A stretch of DNA of 64,000 nucleotides from a virus. The notes below the pieces were generated by a model, which was not told the DNA's origin, did not search any database, and saw only the letters and a list, made by a program, of their open reading frames with translations. Shown piece after piece: positions 10,867 to 20,346 of this stretch (position 1 is the first letter of the stretch; every line of letters begins with the position of its first letter). Location of the stretch: IMG/VR virus record IMGVR_UViG_3300029319_009044, positions 96,001 to 160,000 of that record, one strand, 5' to 3'. A program made the translations under genes and the position numbers.

Positions 10867-12019
10867 TATACTAATTCCTATAGCTGGTAGAGGTCAACGT
10901 TTTGTTGATCAAGGCTATGTAATGCCTAAACAACTTATAATGGTTGATGATAAGCAAATGATTGATTGGAGTTTAGATTCAATTCTTAAGAAAGAAGAAT
11001 GTAATCTTATATTTGCTATAAGAAGGGATCATATAAGTAACTTTTCATTAGATAAAATTTTAAAGAGTAGGTATGGAGATGATATTAAAATTATTATTAT
11101 AGATAAGATTACTAGAGGGTCAGTAGAGACCTGCTTACAAGCAGAAAAATATATTGATAATGATAATCCTTTAATAGTATATACTCTAGATGTTTTCTTT
11201 GAACCATCTTTTGATCCTACAAAAATAGATCATAATATTAATGGTTCAATTTTAACATTTAAAAGTAACAACCCTGCTTACAGTTATGCATCACTAGATA
11301 AAAATAAAAACGTAATAAAAACAGCTGAAAAAGAAGTTATCAGTGAAAATGCTGCTGTTGGTGTATATACGTTTACTAAAGGTAGTGAATTTGTAAAGTA
11401 TGCTAAGTTAATGATAGACTTAGATCTTACTACAAATAATGAATTTTATATTTGCCCATTATATAATTTAATGATTGAGGATGGTTGTACTATCAAGACT
11501 AAAGATGTAGAAAAAATGCATCTCATGGGAACGCCTGAAGAGCTAAATTTTTTCGTAACTCATACATTAAAAACTTTTGGTGATAAACCAATCGCTCTCT
11601 GTGCAGATCATTCAGGATGGGATCTTAAAGAACAAGCTAAATCTATTTTAGATAAATACGAGTTACCATATACTGATTTTGGTACTTTTGTTAATAAAGA
11701 TTGCGATTATAATGATTACGTTTTTCAGGTTACAGATTTTATTAATAAAGGTAATTGTGATTTTGCTTTAGCTTTTTGTAGAACTGGTCAAGGTATGAAT
11801 ATATCTGGTAATAAGCAAAAAGGTATCCGAAGTGCTTTAGTATTTAATGAATACACAGCTGAATATGCTGTTAGGCATAATTGCGCAAATTATTTTTCTA
11901 TACCAAGTAAATTTGTAGATAAAGAGTTATTAGATGATATGATTTATATCTGGATAACTACTACTTTTGATGGAGGTAGACATGCGACCCGTATTCAAAA
12001 AGCAGAAACTGGTAAGTAA
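10853..12019 (+). CDS. Sugar-phosphate nucleotidyltransferase fused to an RpiB/LacAB-type isomerase
   Basis: N-terminal IPIAGRGQRF...PKQLI...NNEFYICP...MGTPEEL; C-terminal ADHSG, DY.DY, CRTGQGMNISGNK, HNCAN, FDGGRH (RpiB). Confidence 0.85.
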   Translation: MKKTNILIPIAGRGQRFVDQGYVMPKQLIMVDDKQMIDWSLDSILKKEECNLIFAIRRDHISNFSLDKILKSRYGDDIKIIIIDKITRGSVETCLQAEKYIDNDNPLIVYTLDVFFEPSFDPTKIDHNINGSILTFKSNNPAYSYASLDKNKNVIKTAEKEVISENAAVGVYTFTKGSEFVKYAKLMIDLDLTTNNEFYICPLYNLMIEDGCTIKTKDVEKMHLMGTPEELNFFVTHTLKTFGDKPIALCADHSGWDLKEQAKSILDKYELPYTDFGTFVNKDCDYNDYVFQVTDFINKGNCDFALAFCRTGQGMNISGNKQKGIRSALVFNEYTAEYAVRHNCANYFSIPSKFVDKELLDDMIYIWITTTFDGGRHATRIQKAETGK

Positions 12020-12363
12020 TGGAAGTAAAGCATATAGATAATTTTACTAATGGTTGGTTTATTGGTGATTTTGAACCATCATTATTTAAAAATCCTTTTT
12101 TTGAGGTCGCTCATCAACACCATAAAAAAGGTAAAATAGGTGATAAACATTTTCATAAACTTACAACTGAGGTTACGTATATTGTTACTGGTTCAATGAA
12201 GATAAATGATCTTGCACTTAATAGAGAGCGATTTTTAAAAGCTGGTAATATGTTTACTTTCTTTCCTAACGAAGTATCTGATGTAGAGTTTTTAGAGGAT
12301 TCTGATCTTATAGTAGTAAGATGGCCATCTATACCTACTGATAAATATATGGTTGAACTATAA
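12019..12363 (+). CDS. Cupin-fold protein (putative sugar epimerase/isomerase)
   Basis: GWFIGDFEP, HFHK..TEVT cupin motif, PS.PTDKY. Confidence 0.65.
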   Translation: MEVKHIDNFTNGWFIGDFEPSLFKNPFFEVAHQHHKKGKIGDKHFHKLTTEVTYIVTGSMKINDLALNRERFLKAGNMFTFFPNEVSDVEFLEDSDLIVVRWPSIPTDKYMVEL

Positions 12364-12380
12364 TAACCAGTTACTATAAT
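12353..12380 (+). promoter_or_regulatory. Sigma70-like promoter
   Basis: TTGAAC-N16-TATAAT-N6-ATG(12387). Confidence 0.65.
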
Positions 12381-12386
12381 AATTGT

Positions 12387-13463
12387 ATGAAGAAAGCTTT
12401 AGTTTTAGGTGCCGGTGGCTTTATCGGTAATCATTTAGTATCACGTCTTAAAAAAGAAGGTTATTGGGTAAGAGGAGTTGATTTAAAAACTCCTGATTAT
12501 TGTGAATCTGAAGCAGATGAATTTATCTATGGTGCTGCTGGTGATTTAAGAGATCAAAATAACTGTAAACGTTTAGTAAAGTTTGATGGTGAGCAAGGTA
12601 ATTATTATAAAAGTGTACCTGAGCAATATAAAAGACCATTTGATGAAATTTATCAACTAGCTGCTGATATGGGCGGTGCTGGTTTTATTTTTACTGGAGA
12701 AAATGATGCTGATATTATGCATAATTCTGCTTCTATAAATCTTAATATTTTAAATGCAGTAAAAGAATTTAATGAACATAGATTTAATGATAATGTAGAT
12801 AATGCTGATGCATATAATAAAAGCAAAACTAATGACACTAAAATATTTTATAGTAGTAGTGCTTGTATGTATCCTGAACATAATCAGTTAGATCCTGATA
12901 ATCCTAATTGTGAGGAATCATCAGCATACCCCGCTAACCCGGATTCAGAATATGGTTGGGAAAAACTATTTAGCGAACGACTTTATTTAACTTATAATAG
13001 AAATCATGGCATACCAGTTCGCGTAGCTAGATTTCATAATATTTTTGGACCACTAGGTACATGGAATGGTGGTAGAGAAAAAGCACCAGCTGCTATTTGC
13101 AGAAAGGTAATTGAAAGTAGTGGTGAAATTGAAATATGGGGTGACGGAAAACAAACTAGAAGCTTTCTATACGTAGATGAATGTGTTGAAGGTATTAGAC
13201 GTTTAATGGATTCTGATTTTACTGGTCCTGTTAATATTGGTTCAGATGAAATGGTAACTATTAACGAGTTAGTAGATATAGCCTGTTCAGTAGAAAATAA
13301 ACAAATTACTAAAAAGCATATTGATGGTCCATTGGGTGTAGCTGGTAGAAATTCTGATAATAAGCTTATTAGTGAAAAGGTTGGCTGGGCTCCAAATTAC
13401 CCTTTAGCTAAAGGTATTGAAAAAACATATAAGTGGATTAAAGAGCAAGTTAATTTAAAATAA
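12387..13463 (+). CDS. GDP-mannose 3,5-epimerase-like NAD-dependent epimerase
   Basis: GAGGFIG, LAADMGGAGFI, SSSACMYP, YGWEK, RFHNIFGP, GGREKAPAAICRK, WGDGKQTRSF. Confidence 0.88.
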   Translation: MKKALVLGAGGFIGNHLVSRLKKEGYWVRGVDLKTPDYCESEADEFIYGAAGDLRDQNNCKRLVKFDGEQGNYYKSVPEQYKRPFDEIYQLAADMGGAGFIFTGENDADIMHNSASINLNILNAVKEFNEHRFNDNVDNADAYNKSKTNDTKIFYSSSACMYPEHNQLDPDNPNCEESSAYPANPDSEYGWEKLFSERLYLTYNRNHGIPVRVARFHNIFGPLGTWNGGREKAPAAICRKVIESSGEIEIWGDGKQTRSFLYVDECVEGIRRLMDSDFTGPVNIGSDEMVTINELVDIACSVENKQITKKHIDGPLGVAGRNSDNKLISEKVGWAPNYPLAKGIEKTYKWIKEQVNLK

Positions 13464-13466
13464 GAT

Positions 13467-14048
13467 ATGGTTATTAAGCAAGGAGTATACGACGGTAATT
13501 TTATTCATAATAGATTTGCATACGAACAATTTCGTAAAGAAGTTTCTCCGTATGGTAATATTGTAGCTTTTAGAGCTCCGATGTATGTAAAAGATGCTTT
13601 AATAGATCTTGAAGATACACTGAGTAACGACTTTATTCATAGTCAAGATGCGGTTAATTTTTGTTGGGAAATACCTGGCTTGTGTCCATTAGGTGCAGTA
13701 TCTTTTCAAAGACTTTTTAATACAGCAGTAGCTAATATATTGGCTGGTTATATTAATAAAGGTATCGTAATTGATGGTGATGATCTTATGGTGCAAGATG
13801 AGTTTGTGGGTATAGATAATAAAGTTAGACAGTCCGGTAAGGTAAGCGTTTCTATTACTTACTCTAAAGATAATGTTACTCTTGGTCATACTGGTATTAA
13901 TATTACAGCTGGAGATAAAGCGCCGGCTTTTGCTTATTCTTCGAATCTAAGTGATAATGAAGTAAATGATTTTATGCTTAATGTTATTGACTATTTTAAC
14001 GCTGAGGTAAAGGATCAGTTTATTGCGACTACTAAAATTATTGTATGA
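13467..14048 (+). CDS. DUF366-family protein (class II aaRS/BirA/LplA-like fold)
   Basis: IVAFRAPM.V...IDLED, QRLF, DGDDLMV, GKVSVSI, HTGINI motifs. Confidence 0.65.
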   Translation: MVIKQGVYDGNFIHNRFAYEQFRKEVSPYGNIVAFRAPMYVKDALIDLEDTLSNDFIHSQDAVNFCWEIPGLCPLGAVSFQRLFNTAVANILAGYINKGIVIDGDDLMVQDEFVGIDNKVRQSGKVSVSITYSKDNVTLGHTGINITAGDKAPAFAYSSNLSDNEVNDFMLNVIDYFNAEVKDQFIATTKIIV

Positions 14049-14197
14049 CAATTTGGAGACTTTGGGCTAAAGCATTAGGTGAAAAATCAGGATCTAATAA
14101 CGAAGCAGATATAATTGCTTTAATACGTACATTAATTATATTACAAGCTATATTATGTAACTTTTTTATTGTAGCTAATATTGTAAAAAATTGGTAA
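14045..14197 (+). CDS. Small membrane protein (WRLWAKALGEK family seen in T4-like marine phages)
   Basis: Manual translation MTIWRLWAKALGEKSGSNNEADIIALIRTLIILQAILCNFFIVANIVKNW; coupled to both neighbours; below the ORF-track cutoff. Confidence 0.7.
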   Translation: MTIWRLWAKALGEKSGSNNEADIIALIRTLIILQAILCNFFIVANIVKNW

Positions 14198-14571
14198 TGA
14201 ACTTTTTTCAATTACAAAATAAATTATTTTATTCTAAAAAGAATGAAGCTGGTGAATTAGACTCAGAAGGCGAGCAAGCTTTTGTACCGTTCCTTTTTAA
14301 TAGATGGCTTTCCTTTTATAGTAAGGAACTACCTGGTTTTGTTAATGAGACTTTAAATAAATTTGGAAATATATTTGACGATAAACAAGAAGTATATAAA
14401 TTATATTATTATCTTATACCTCGTCTAAAATGGAAGCGCATTTCCTATATTAAGAAAAAGAAAAAAGATAAAGAAGAGATTGAAGGTCTATATAATATAG
14501 CAAAAAATAAAAATATATCTACAAGAGAGATAGAGCAATACGTTGAATTAGATAAAATTTTATGTAAATAG
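14197..14571 (+). CDS. Clamp loader small subunit (T4 gp62-like)
   Basis: FVPFLFNRWLS...VNETLN...LYYYLIP...YIKK pattern and size. Confidence 0.6.
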   Translation: MNFFQLQNKLFYSKKNEAGELDSEGEQAFVPFLFNRWLSFYSKELPGFVNETLNKFGNIFDDKQEVYKLYYYLIPRLKWKRISYIKKKKKDKEEIEGLYNIAKNKNISTREIEQYVELDKILCK

Positions 14572-14575
14572 CTGT

Positions 14576-14995
14576 ATGGCGATGGCAAGTATTGATAATT
14601 TAGCACCTACAAAAAGCTTAATCGACTTAACTCAAAAAGATAAAGGAGATTTTGGACTTGATGATTATGATTTAGACTTTATTTTTGATGATATTCTTTT
14701 AGTTGAATATGTAGATGAAACTGATGAAGGCGATGAAGTTATTCGTAATGGAATTGTAGTACCTACAAATGCTTTAACTAAAGCTTGGCGAAAGGGTAGA
14801 GTTATTCTTGCAGGTCCAGATACTAAACACGCAAAAGAAGGTGATATTGTAATCTTTCCAAATAATATGGGTGTTACTATTTCTAACATTTCAGTACGTG
14901 GCAAAGGTAAAGTTGCTAAAGGTATTTTCTTAAACGAAGAGAGAATGTTTGGTATTTGTAAACATAAAGATGATAATACAAAAAGCAACTCTTGA
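14576..14995 (+). CDS. GroES-like co-chaperonin (functional analogue of T4 gp31)
   Basis: DDILLVE...NGIVVP...GRVILAGP...KEGDIVIFP...FLNEERMFG. Confidence 0.75.
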   Translation: MAMASIDNLAPTKSLIDLTQKDKGDFGLDDYDLDFIFDDILLVEYVDETDEGDEVIRNGIVVPTNALTKAWRKGRVILAGPDTKHAKEGDIVIFPNNMGVTISNISVRGKGKVAKGIFLNEERMFGICKHKDDNTKSNS

Positions 14996-15347
14996 TACCC
15001 TTCTTCAGAATAACGTACTTGAAGTGAGATTTCCTAGAAGAATAGTTAAAGCTGGTTTAGCTGCTACTAGAAGAATGCTTTGTACCAACTCTTTAACTTT
15101 ACTTAATTCAGTTAATGGTAGGATATCTTTAAATTATTTTGCACCTAAAGGACCTCCTAAGCCGTATCTCGGGCCTGATAATTTATCTGTTGCTTGGGAT
15201 ATTATAATGCAAGATTATAGAAATATAAATTGTAATCAAGTAGATTTAATACAAGAAATACCAGCAAATGATGACTTTTGGGTTTATTTTAACGAAAATA
15301 TATATCCAATGTCAGCACAGCAAAAATTAAATTTTATGAATTCATGA
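14970..15347 (+). CDS. Hypothetical SH3/WYL-like beta-barrel protein
   Basis: VLEVRF.R...RRMLCT...VAWDI...YRNI resembles the phage DUF2693/WYL-like family. Confidence 0.45.
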   Translation: MIIQKATLDTLLQNNVLEVRFPRRIVKAGLAATRRMLCTNSLTLLNSVNGRISLNYFAPKGPPKPYLGPDNLSVAWDIIMQDYRNINCNQVDLIQEIPANDDFWVYFNENIYPMSAQQKLNFMNS

Positions 15348-15697
15348 ACGTAAGTTTAGAAAGAGTATCAGATTTTTTAAAGCCCTTTTTATTAAAAGAT
15401 ATAATTATTAGAACTAATAAGAAAGTTCTTAAAAAAGGTAAATTTAAAATATTTCAAATTAAGCAATATTATATTAATTTTACTCTTGAAATAAACGGTG
15501 TTAATAAGAATTACGAAATTCCATATCCTTATAGCTTACAAAATGAAGAAGATATTGGTGTTTTAAATTACCATTTAAGCTCTTTTATACCTAAAGGACA
15601 AATGACAAGAGTAAAATTTTTAGATAGTTCTTCTAAATCAAAACTATATGACAGCCTTGTATATATATTGCCTTCAGATGGAAATATTATAAAATAA
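15344..15697 (+). CDS. Hypothetical protein
   Basis: 117 aa ORF, translationally coupled. Confidence 0.55.
   Translation: MNVSLERVSDFLKPFLLKDIIIRTNKKVLKKGKFKIFQIKQYYINFTLEINGVNKNYEIPYPYSLQNEEDIGVLNYHLSSFIPKGQMTRVKFLDSSSKSKLYDSLVYILPSDGNIIK
15668..15695 (+). promoter_or_regulatory. Sigma70-like promoter
   Basis: TTGCCT-N16-TAAAAT-N5-GTG(15701). Confidence 0.55.
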
Positions 15698-15700
15698 AGT

Positions 15701-17335
15701 GTGATAGGTGGTTTATTAAAAAGCTTTCCGGATAAGTATAATCCGAATCCCGCTCAAATAAAATTGCTTAAAAATATTGATCAAGCATTTACTGATGGTT
15801 ATAAATTTGTTATTTGTAATGCCCCTACAGGATCTGGGAAGTCATTTATATCAAAAACTATAGGTAATGTATCTAGAGAACCAACAAAAGAGTTTAGAGA
15901 GATTGTAACAAATTATTTAGTATATAAGAGATCCCATGGAGGTGGGTATATGTATGAAGATGAATGTAATAGTGAGCAAGCTTTTGGATGTACAGCTTTA
16001 ACTATAACTAAGGCATTACAAGATCAATATAAAGAGTTATTTAATGATATAAAGATTTTAAAAGGAAAATCAAACTATCAATGCGAAGTGGATGATAGAT
16101 TTACTGTTGAGCTAGCTCCTTGCTTGCATTTACCTAAAATTAAAGAAGAATGTTGGGCTAAAAATAAGTGTCCTTATTATGAGGATAGAAATACTGCACT
16201 AACTTCAACTTTTAGTACTTTAAATTATAATATGTTTTTCTCTTTACCGGATCATTTAAAAAAGAGACAATACATTATATGTGATGAAGCTGCTGAATTA
16301 GAAGATCAATTAGTAAAAGAATTTTCTTGTTCTATTAATTTTGAAAGCTTAACTAGAATGGAAGTTAACATTAGACCTTTTTATTCTAGAAATAGTTTAC
16401 AAGTAGTAAAGTGGATAAATGAACTTATTTTAGATTTAAATGATAGAATAGAAGAATTAAAAGATGTAACAAACAATAATAAAATAAGTAAAAAATTTAT
16501 TATTGAGTCAAAGAAGAATTTGATTTCGTTGAGAAATTTACATTCAAAACTATCGCTTATAATAGATACTTGGAATGAAAGTGAATACCTATATGAAACT
16601 GATAAAAAAGGTATCAATTTTATGCCTTTAAAGGTTGATAAATTGGCTAATCATTTATTTAAACATGCTGATAAGGTAATATTAATGTCAGCTACTATTA
16701 TTGATCCTAATAATTTTAGTAAAAGTTTAGGTATTAAAAAATTTAAATATATAGAAGCTGAATCTTCATTTGATTCTAAAAATGCTCCTATCTACTGTAA
16801 TACTAAAGTTAAATTAAATTACCATAATTTAAAACGCAGTCTACCTAAAGTTGTAAAACAAATAGAAGAAATTTGCGATTTTCATAAAAGTGATAAAGGT
16901 ATTATTCATACTCATAATAATATTATTACATCTTTCTTATCAGATAAATTAACTGATTCAAGATTTTTAATAAGAGAGCCCGGAGTTAGAAATGAAGTTA
17001 TATTAGAGCAACATTTTTTAAATAATGACCCTACTGTTTTAATATCCCCTTCTATGTCTCATGGTGTTGATTTAAGAGATGATCTTGCAAGATTTCAAAT
17101 CATAGTTAAAGCTCCATTTTTACCTACTAAAGATAAACGAATAGAAAAATTAATGAAAGATAACTTTGATTGGTATATCAATAAGATGCTTTGTTCGTTA
17201 ATTCAATCATGTGGAAGAGGTGTAAGATCTCATAAAGATCACTGTGTTACTTATATTTTAGATGGTTCTATTGCTGAGAGTGTAGTTAATAATAGACATA
17301 AGCTACCTAAATATTTCATTGATAGGTTTTTGTAA
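15701..17335 (+). CDS. DinG/XPD-family SF2 helicase with a putative Fe-S cluster
   Basis: APTGSGKS, KGKSNYQC...C...C...CPYY, DEAA, LMSAT, GVDL, QSCGRGVR. Confidence 0.85.
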   Translation: MIGGLLKSFPDKYNPNPAQIKLLKNIDQAFTDGYKFVICNAPTGSGKSFISKTIGNVSREPTKEFREIVTNYLVYKRSHGGGYMYEDECNSEQAFGCTALTITKALQDQYKELFNDIKILKGKSNYQCEVDDRFTVELAPCLHLPKIKEECWAKNKCPYYEDRNTALTSTFSTLNYNMFFSLPDHLKKRQYIICDEAAELEDQLVKEFSCSINFESLTRMEVNIRPFYSRNSLQVVKWINELILDLNDRIEELKDVTNNNKISKKFIIESKKNLISLRNLHSKLSLIIDTWNESEYLYETDKKGINFMPLKVDKLANHLFKHADKVILMSATIIDPNNFSKSLGIKKFKYIEAESSFDSKNAPIYCNTKVKLNYHNLKRSLPKVVKQIEEICDFHKSDKGIIHTHNNIITSFLSDKLTDSRFLIREPGVRNEVILEQHFLNNDPTVLISPSMSHGVDLRDDLARFQIIVKAPFLPTKDKRIEKLMKDNFDWYINKMLCSLIQSCGRGVRSHKDHCVTYILDGSIAESVVNNRHKLPKYFIDRFL

Positions 17336-17352
17336 TAAATATATAAGACGGT

Positions 17353-18525
17353 ATGAAGAATAGAGCTTTTCATTTTGAAATTAAAAATTTACTAACCCAG
17401 TTTGTTGCTGCATTTGATGATACAGTAATAAGTAGGTTTGATAAAAACAGAAATGCGAAGTCAAATATAGAGGTTAGATATGTCTTTGCGCCTAAGCAGC
17501 GCGTTATGTACGATATAGTAAATAAAGCTCAAAATTTAACCCTTCCAGTTGTAGCAATTAATTTAGATAGTGTATCACGAGATGAAACAAGAGTTTTTAA
17601 TAAACTAGCTACTTCAATGATACCTGCTCAAGAAAAAGATGATCCTAAATCCTCTACTAAATTTCTAATGCCGGTACCAGTAAATCTTGAAGTTAGTATG
17701 TCTATTCTTGCAAGATACATGCAAGATGTAGATCAAATAGTTTCAAATTTTGTTCCATATAATAATCCTTATATTATACTTTCTTGGAAAGTACCCGAAG
17801 ATATAGGTGCAGAGTATGATCAAGAGATAAGAAGTGAAGTTCTTTGGAATGGAAATTTAACTTACTCTACTCCAACAGATACAACTTATTCCGAAAAATT
17901 TAGAATAACAGTTGATACATCTTTTACTATAAAGGGTTGGTTATTTCCAGAAGAAAAAAGTAACGTTGGTAATATATATCAAATCGATAATAATTTTATA
18001 GCAGTAGATTTACAAAATAGAATATACTCTCCTCTTGAAGAGCAGATATCAGTAGAATCTTATACCAATCAAGGTTATGGAGCTTTATCGGGTTATGATA
18101 ATAGTGTACCTACTAATTATTCAGAAACTATATCTATATCAGGTGTACCTACATTTACAAATATATTTTATACTACTTCAGGTGTTTTTGAACAATTAAG
18201 AAATGAAACATCTGTACTATCCTCTCAAACTAATAATTTTATATTATATGGAAAATCATTAAATTATAGTAATTCACTTTACATAAGTGCTAATAGATTA
18301 AATTTCTTTACAGATTTCCAAAAAGTAACTTCTGCTAAATTAGATACTATAAGCGCATATAAACTTGATGATAGTCTTTATAATATAGCTACTGATAATA
18401 TAGTAAGTATATTCTTACCAACTTCTACTTTAAGTGGTACCGGTAAGTTTACTTTTGTAACAGCTAACGAAGCTGGATGGGCTTCTTCTTATCAAGCTGC
18501 TAGCTCTATCCTTAACTTAGAATAA
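17353..18525 (+). CDS. Tail terminator/sheath stabiliser (T4 gp15-like) with C-terminal extension
   Basis: FVAAFDD...YVFAPKQR...LPVVAI...PVPVNL..SMSILARYMQDVDQIVSNFVPY. Confidence 0.75.
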   Translation: MKNRAFHFEIKNLLTQFVAAFDDTVISRFDKNRNAKSNIEVRYVFAPKQRVMYDIVNKAQNLTLPVVAINLDSVSRDETRVFNKLATSMIPAQEKDDPKSSTKFLMPVPVNLEVSMSILARYMQDVDQIVSNFVPYNNPYIILSWKVPEDIGAEYDQEIRSEVLWNGNLTYSTPTDTTYSEKFRITVDTSFTIKGWLFPEEKSNVGNIYQIDNNFIAVDLQNRIYSPLEEQISVESYTNQGYGALSGYDNSVPTNYSETISISGVPTFTNIFYTTSGVFEQLRNETSVLSSQTNNFILYGKSLNYSNSLYISANRLNFFTDFQKVTSAKLDTISAYKLDDSLYNIATDNIVSIFLPTSTLSGTGKFTFVTANEAGWASSYQAASSILNLE

Positions 18526-18534
18526 ATATAAATA

Positions 18535-20346
18535 ATGGCAAGACCTGATTCATCAACATCATCTCCTACTAATCGTTCTTATGTAACGAACGATGGGCGG
18601 GCATCTACATTTGGTAGAAATTTAATTCAATATATTCAAAATAGATTACCATATTCAAATGTAGCTCCTGAACAAGATAATCTCAATCCTAAGTATAATA
18701 TATTTAAAAAGACAGGAATGAAGAGAGCAGAAGCTTTAGCAAAAGCTTCAGTTTCTTCTTCTAATCCATACAACAATATACCTATAGGTGATTTCGCAAA
18801 AGACTCGTCTTTTGGCGATGTAATGTATGCTAATATACAAGAAGATAAACAAGGTAGGTTAAGAGATTATAGAATAATTGCTGCTTATTCTGAAGTAGCT
18901 GATGCATTAGATGAAATTTGTGATGAAACAATTAATCCAGATGAATCTGGGTGGGTTACAAAATTACATTTAAAAGAAATTGATTTAACTATAGAAGAAA
19001 AAGCTGAACTAGATAAACAGTTTCATAGATATGTAGAATATTATGATTTAAAAAATAAAGGCTGGCAATATTTTAGACAGCTTCTTGTAGAAGGAGAGTT
19101 ATTTTTTGAACAAATAGTTCATGAAGGGTATTTAGAGGATGGTATATTAGGGGTAATTAATTTACCTGCTGAGATAATTGACCCGGTTTATAACAATATT
19201 CAAAATATGCTAGTAAAGGGCTTTATTTACAGAAAGCCTATTTTTAGTATAGATAAACCTAATAAGATTGAAAAAATTGAATTTATTCCTATGGATCAAA
19301 ACCAGATTACTTATGTTAACTCTGGTGTATATAATGAAACTAAAAACTTTGTTGTACCATTTTTAGAAAATGCTAGAAGACCTTATAGGCAATTATCTTT
19401 AATTGAAGATGCTATTGTAATATATAGATTAGTAAGAGCGCCAGAGAGATTAGTTTTTAATGTTGACGTAGGAAACATGGCACCTCCTAAAGCAGAAGCT
19501 TATCTAAGAAAACTCATATCAAATTATTGGTCAAAGAAAACTTTTGATTTGGATCAAGATAATGTAGTTAAAAAATTTAACCCTCAATCAATGCTTGATG
19601 CATTTTGGTTTGCTAGGAGACAAGGTTCTGAAGGTACAACTGTATCACAATTAGCTGGAGGTGCTAATTTAGGAGAACTATCTGACTTAATGTATTTTAT
19701 TAAAAAGCTTTATAGAGCTCTTAAAGTACCTTCAACTAGACTTGATCCTAATGACCAGGCTTCTGCTGACGGATCAACTATATTAAGAGAGGAGTTAAAA
19801 TTTGCTCGTTTTGTAATGAGACAGCAACAAAGATTTGGAGCTGGTCTTAAAAAAGGGTTTATTACACATTTAACATTAATGGGTCTATTTAAGAAATATG
19901 ACTTAAATGAGCAAAATTTAGAAATAGAGTTTAATGTACCTACTAATTTTTATGAATTAAGAGAAAATCAAAGATTAGAATTAAAAGCAGGTAATTTTAA
20001 CAATCTAGCCTCATCAGAATTTGTATCAGCTACATATGCACAAAAAAAATATCTTGGTTGGAGAGATAAGGATATTCTAGCTAATAGAGAGTTTTTAAGA
20101 AAAGATGCTGAATTACAGTGGGAGTTATCTCAAATACAAGCAGCAGGACCGGCATGGAAAGAGCAAGCAGTAGCTGGAGAAGTAGCAGGAGGTGAAGCTG
20201 CTGTTGGCGGTGAAGGTGCTGGGGTAGGAGCTAGTGGAGGAGAAGGTGGTATTCCTGAGTTTGGTGGAGGACCAGCAGATACAGGAGATAATGTAGAAGT
20301 AGCAGCTGAAGCTGAACCTGATACAGCTGAAACAGCTGAGATTTAA
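18535..20346 (+). CDS. Portal protein (T4 gp20-like)
   Basis: EVADALDEI, QLSLIEDAIVIYRLVRAPERLVFNVDVGNM..PKAEAY, DAFWFARR, KKLYRALKVP, REELKF; acidic G/A-rich tail. Confidence 0.95.
   Translation: MARPDSSTSSPTNRSYVTNDGRASTFGRNLIQYIQNRLPYSNVAPEQDNLNPKYNIFKKTGMKRAEALAKASVSSSNPYNNIPIGDFAKDSSFGDVMYANIQEDKQGRLRDYRIIAAYSEVADALDEICDETINPDESGWVTKLHLKEIDLTIEEKAELDKQFHRYVEYYDLKNKGWQYFRQLLVEGELFFEQIVHEGYLEDGILGVINLPAEIIDPVYNNIQNMLVKGFIYRKPIFSIDKPNKIEKIEFIPMDQNQITYVNSGVYNETKNFVVPFLENARRPYRQLSLIEDAIVIYRLVRAPERLVFNVDVGNMAPPKAEAYLRKLISNYWSKKTFDLDQDNVVKKFNPQSMLDAFWFARRQGSEGTTVSQLAGGANLGELSDLMYFIKKLYRALKVPSTRLDPNDQASADGSTILREELKFARFVMRQQQRFGAGLKKGFITHLTLMGLFKKYDLNEQNLEIEFNVPTNFYELRENQRLELKAGNFNNLASSEFVSATYAQKKYLGWRDKDILANREFLRKDAELQWELSQIQAAGPAWKEQAVAGEVAGGEAAVGGEGAGVGASGGEGGIPEFGGGPADTGDNVEVAAEAEPDTAETAEI

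Noticed and set aside
1144-13463. Bacterial LPS/capsule locus (host contamination or prophage flank)
   Set aside because: Similar composition and the same promoter grammar as the phage genes, continuous with them, and no wzx/wzy/ABC export genes
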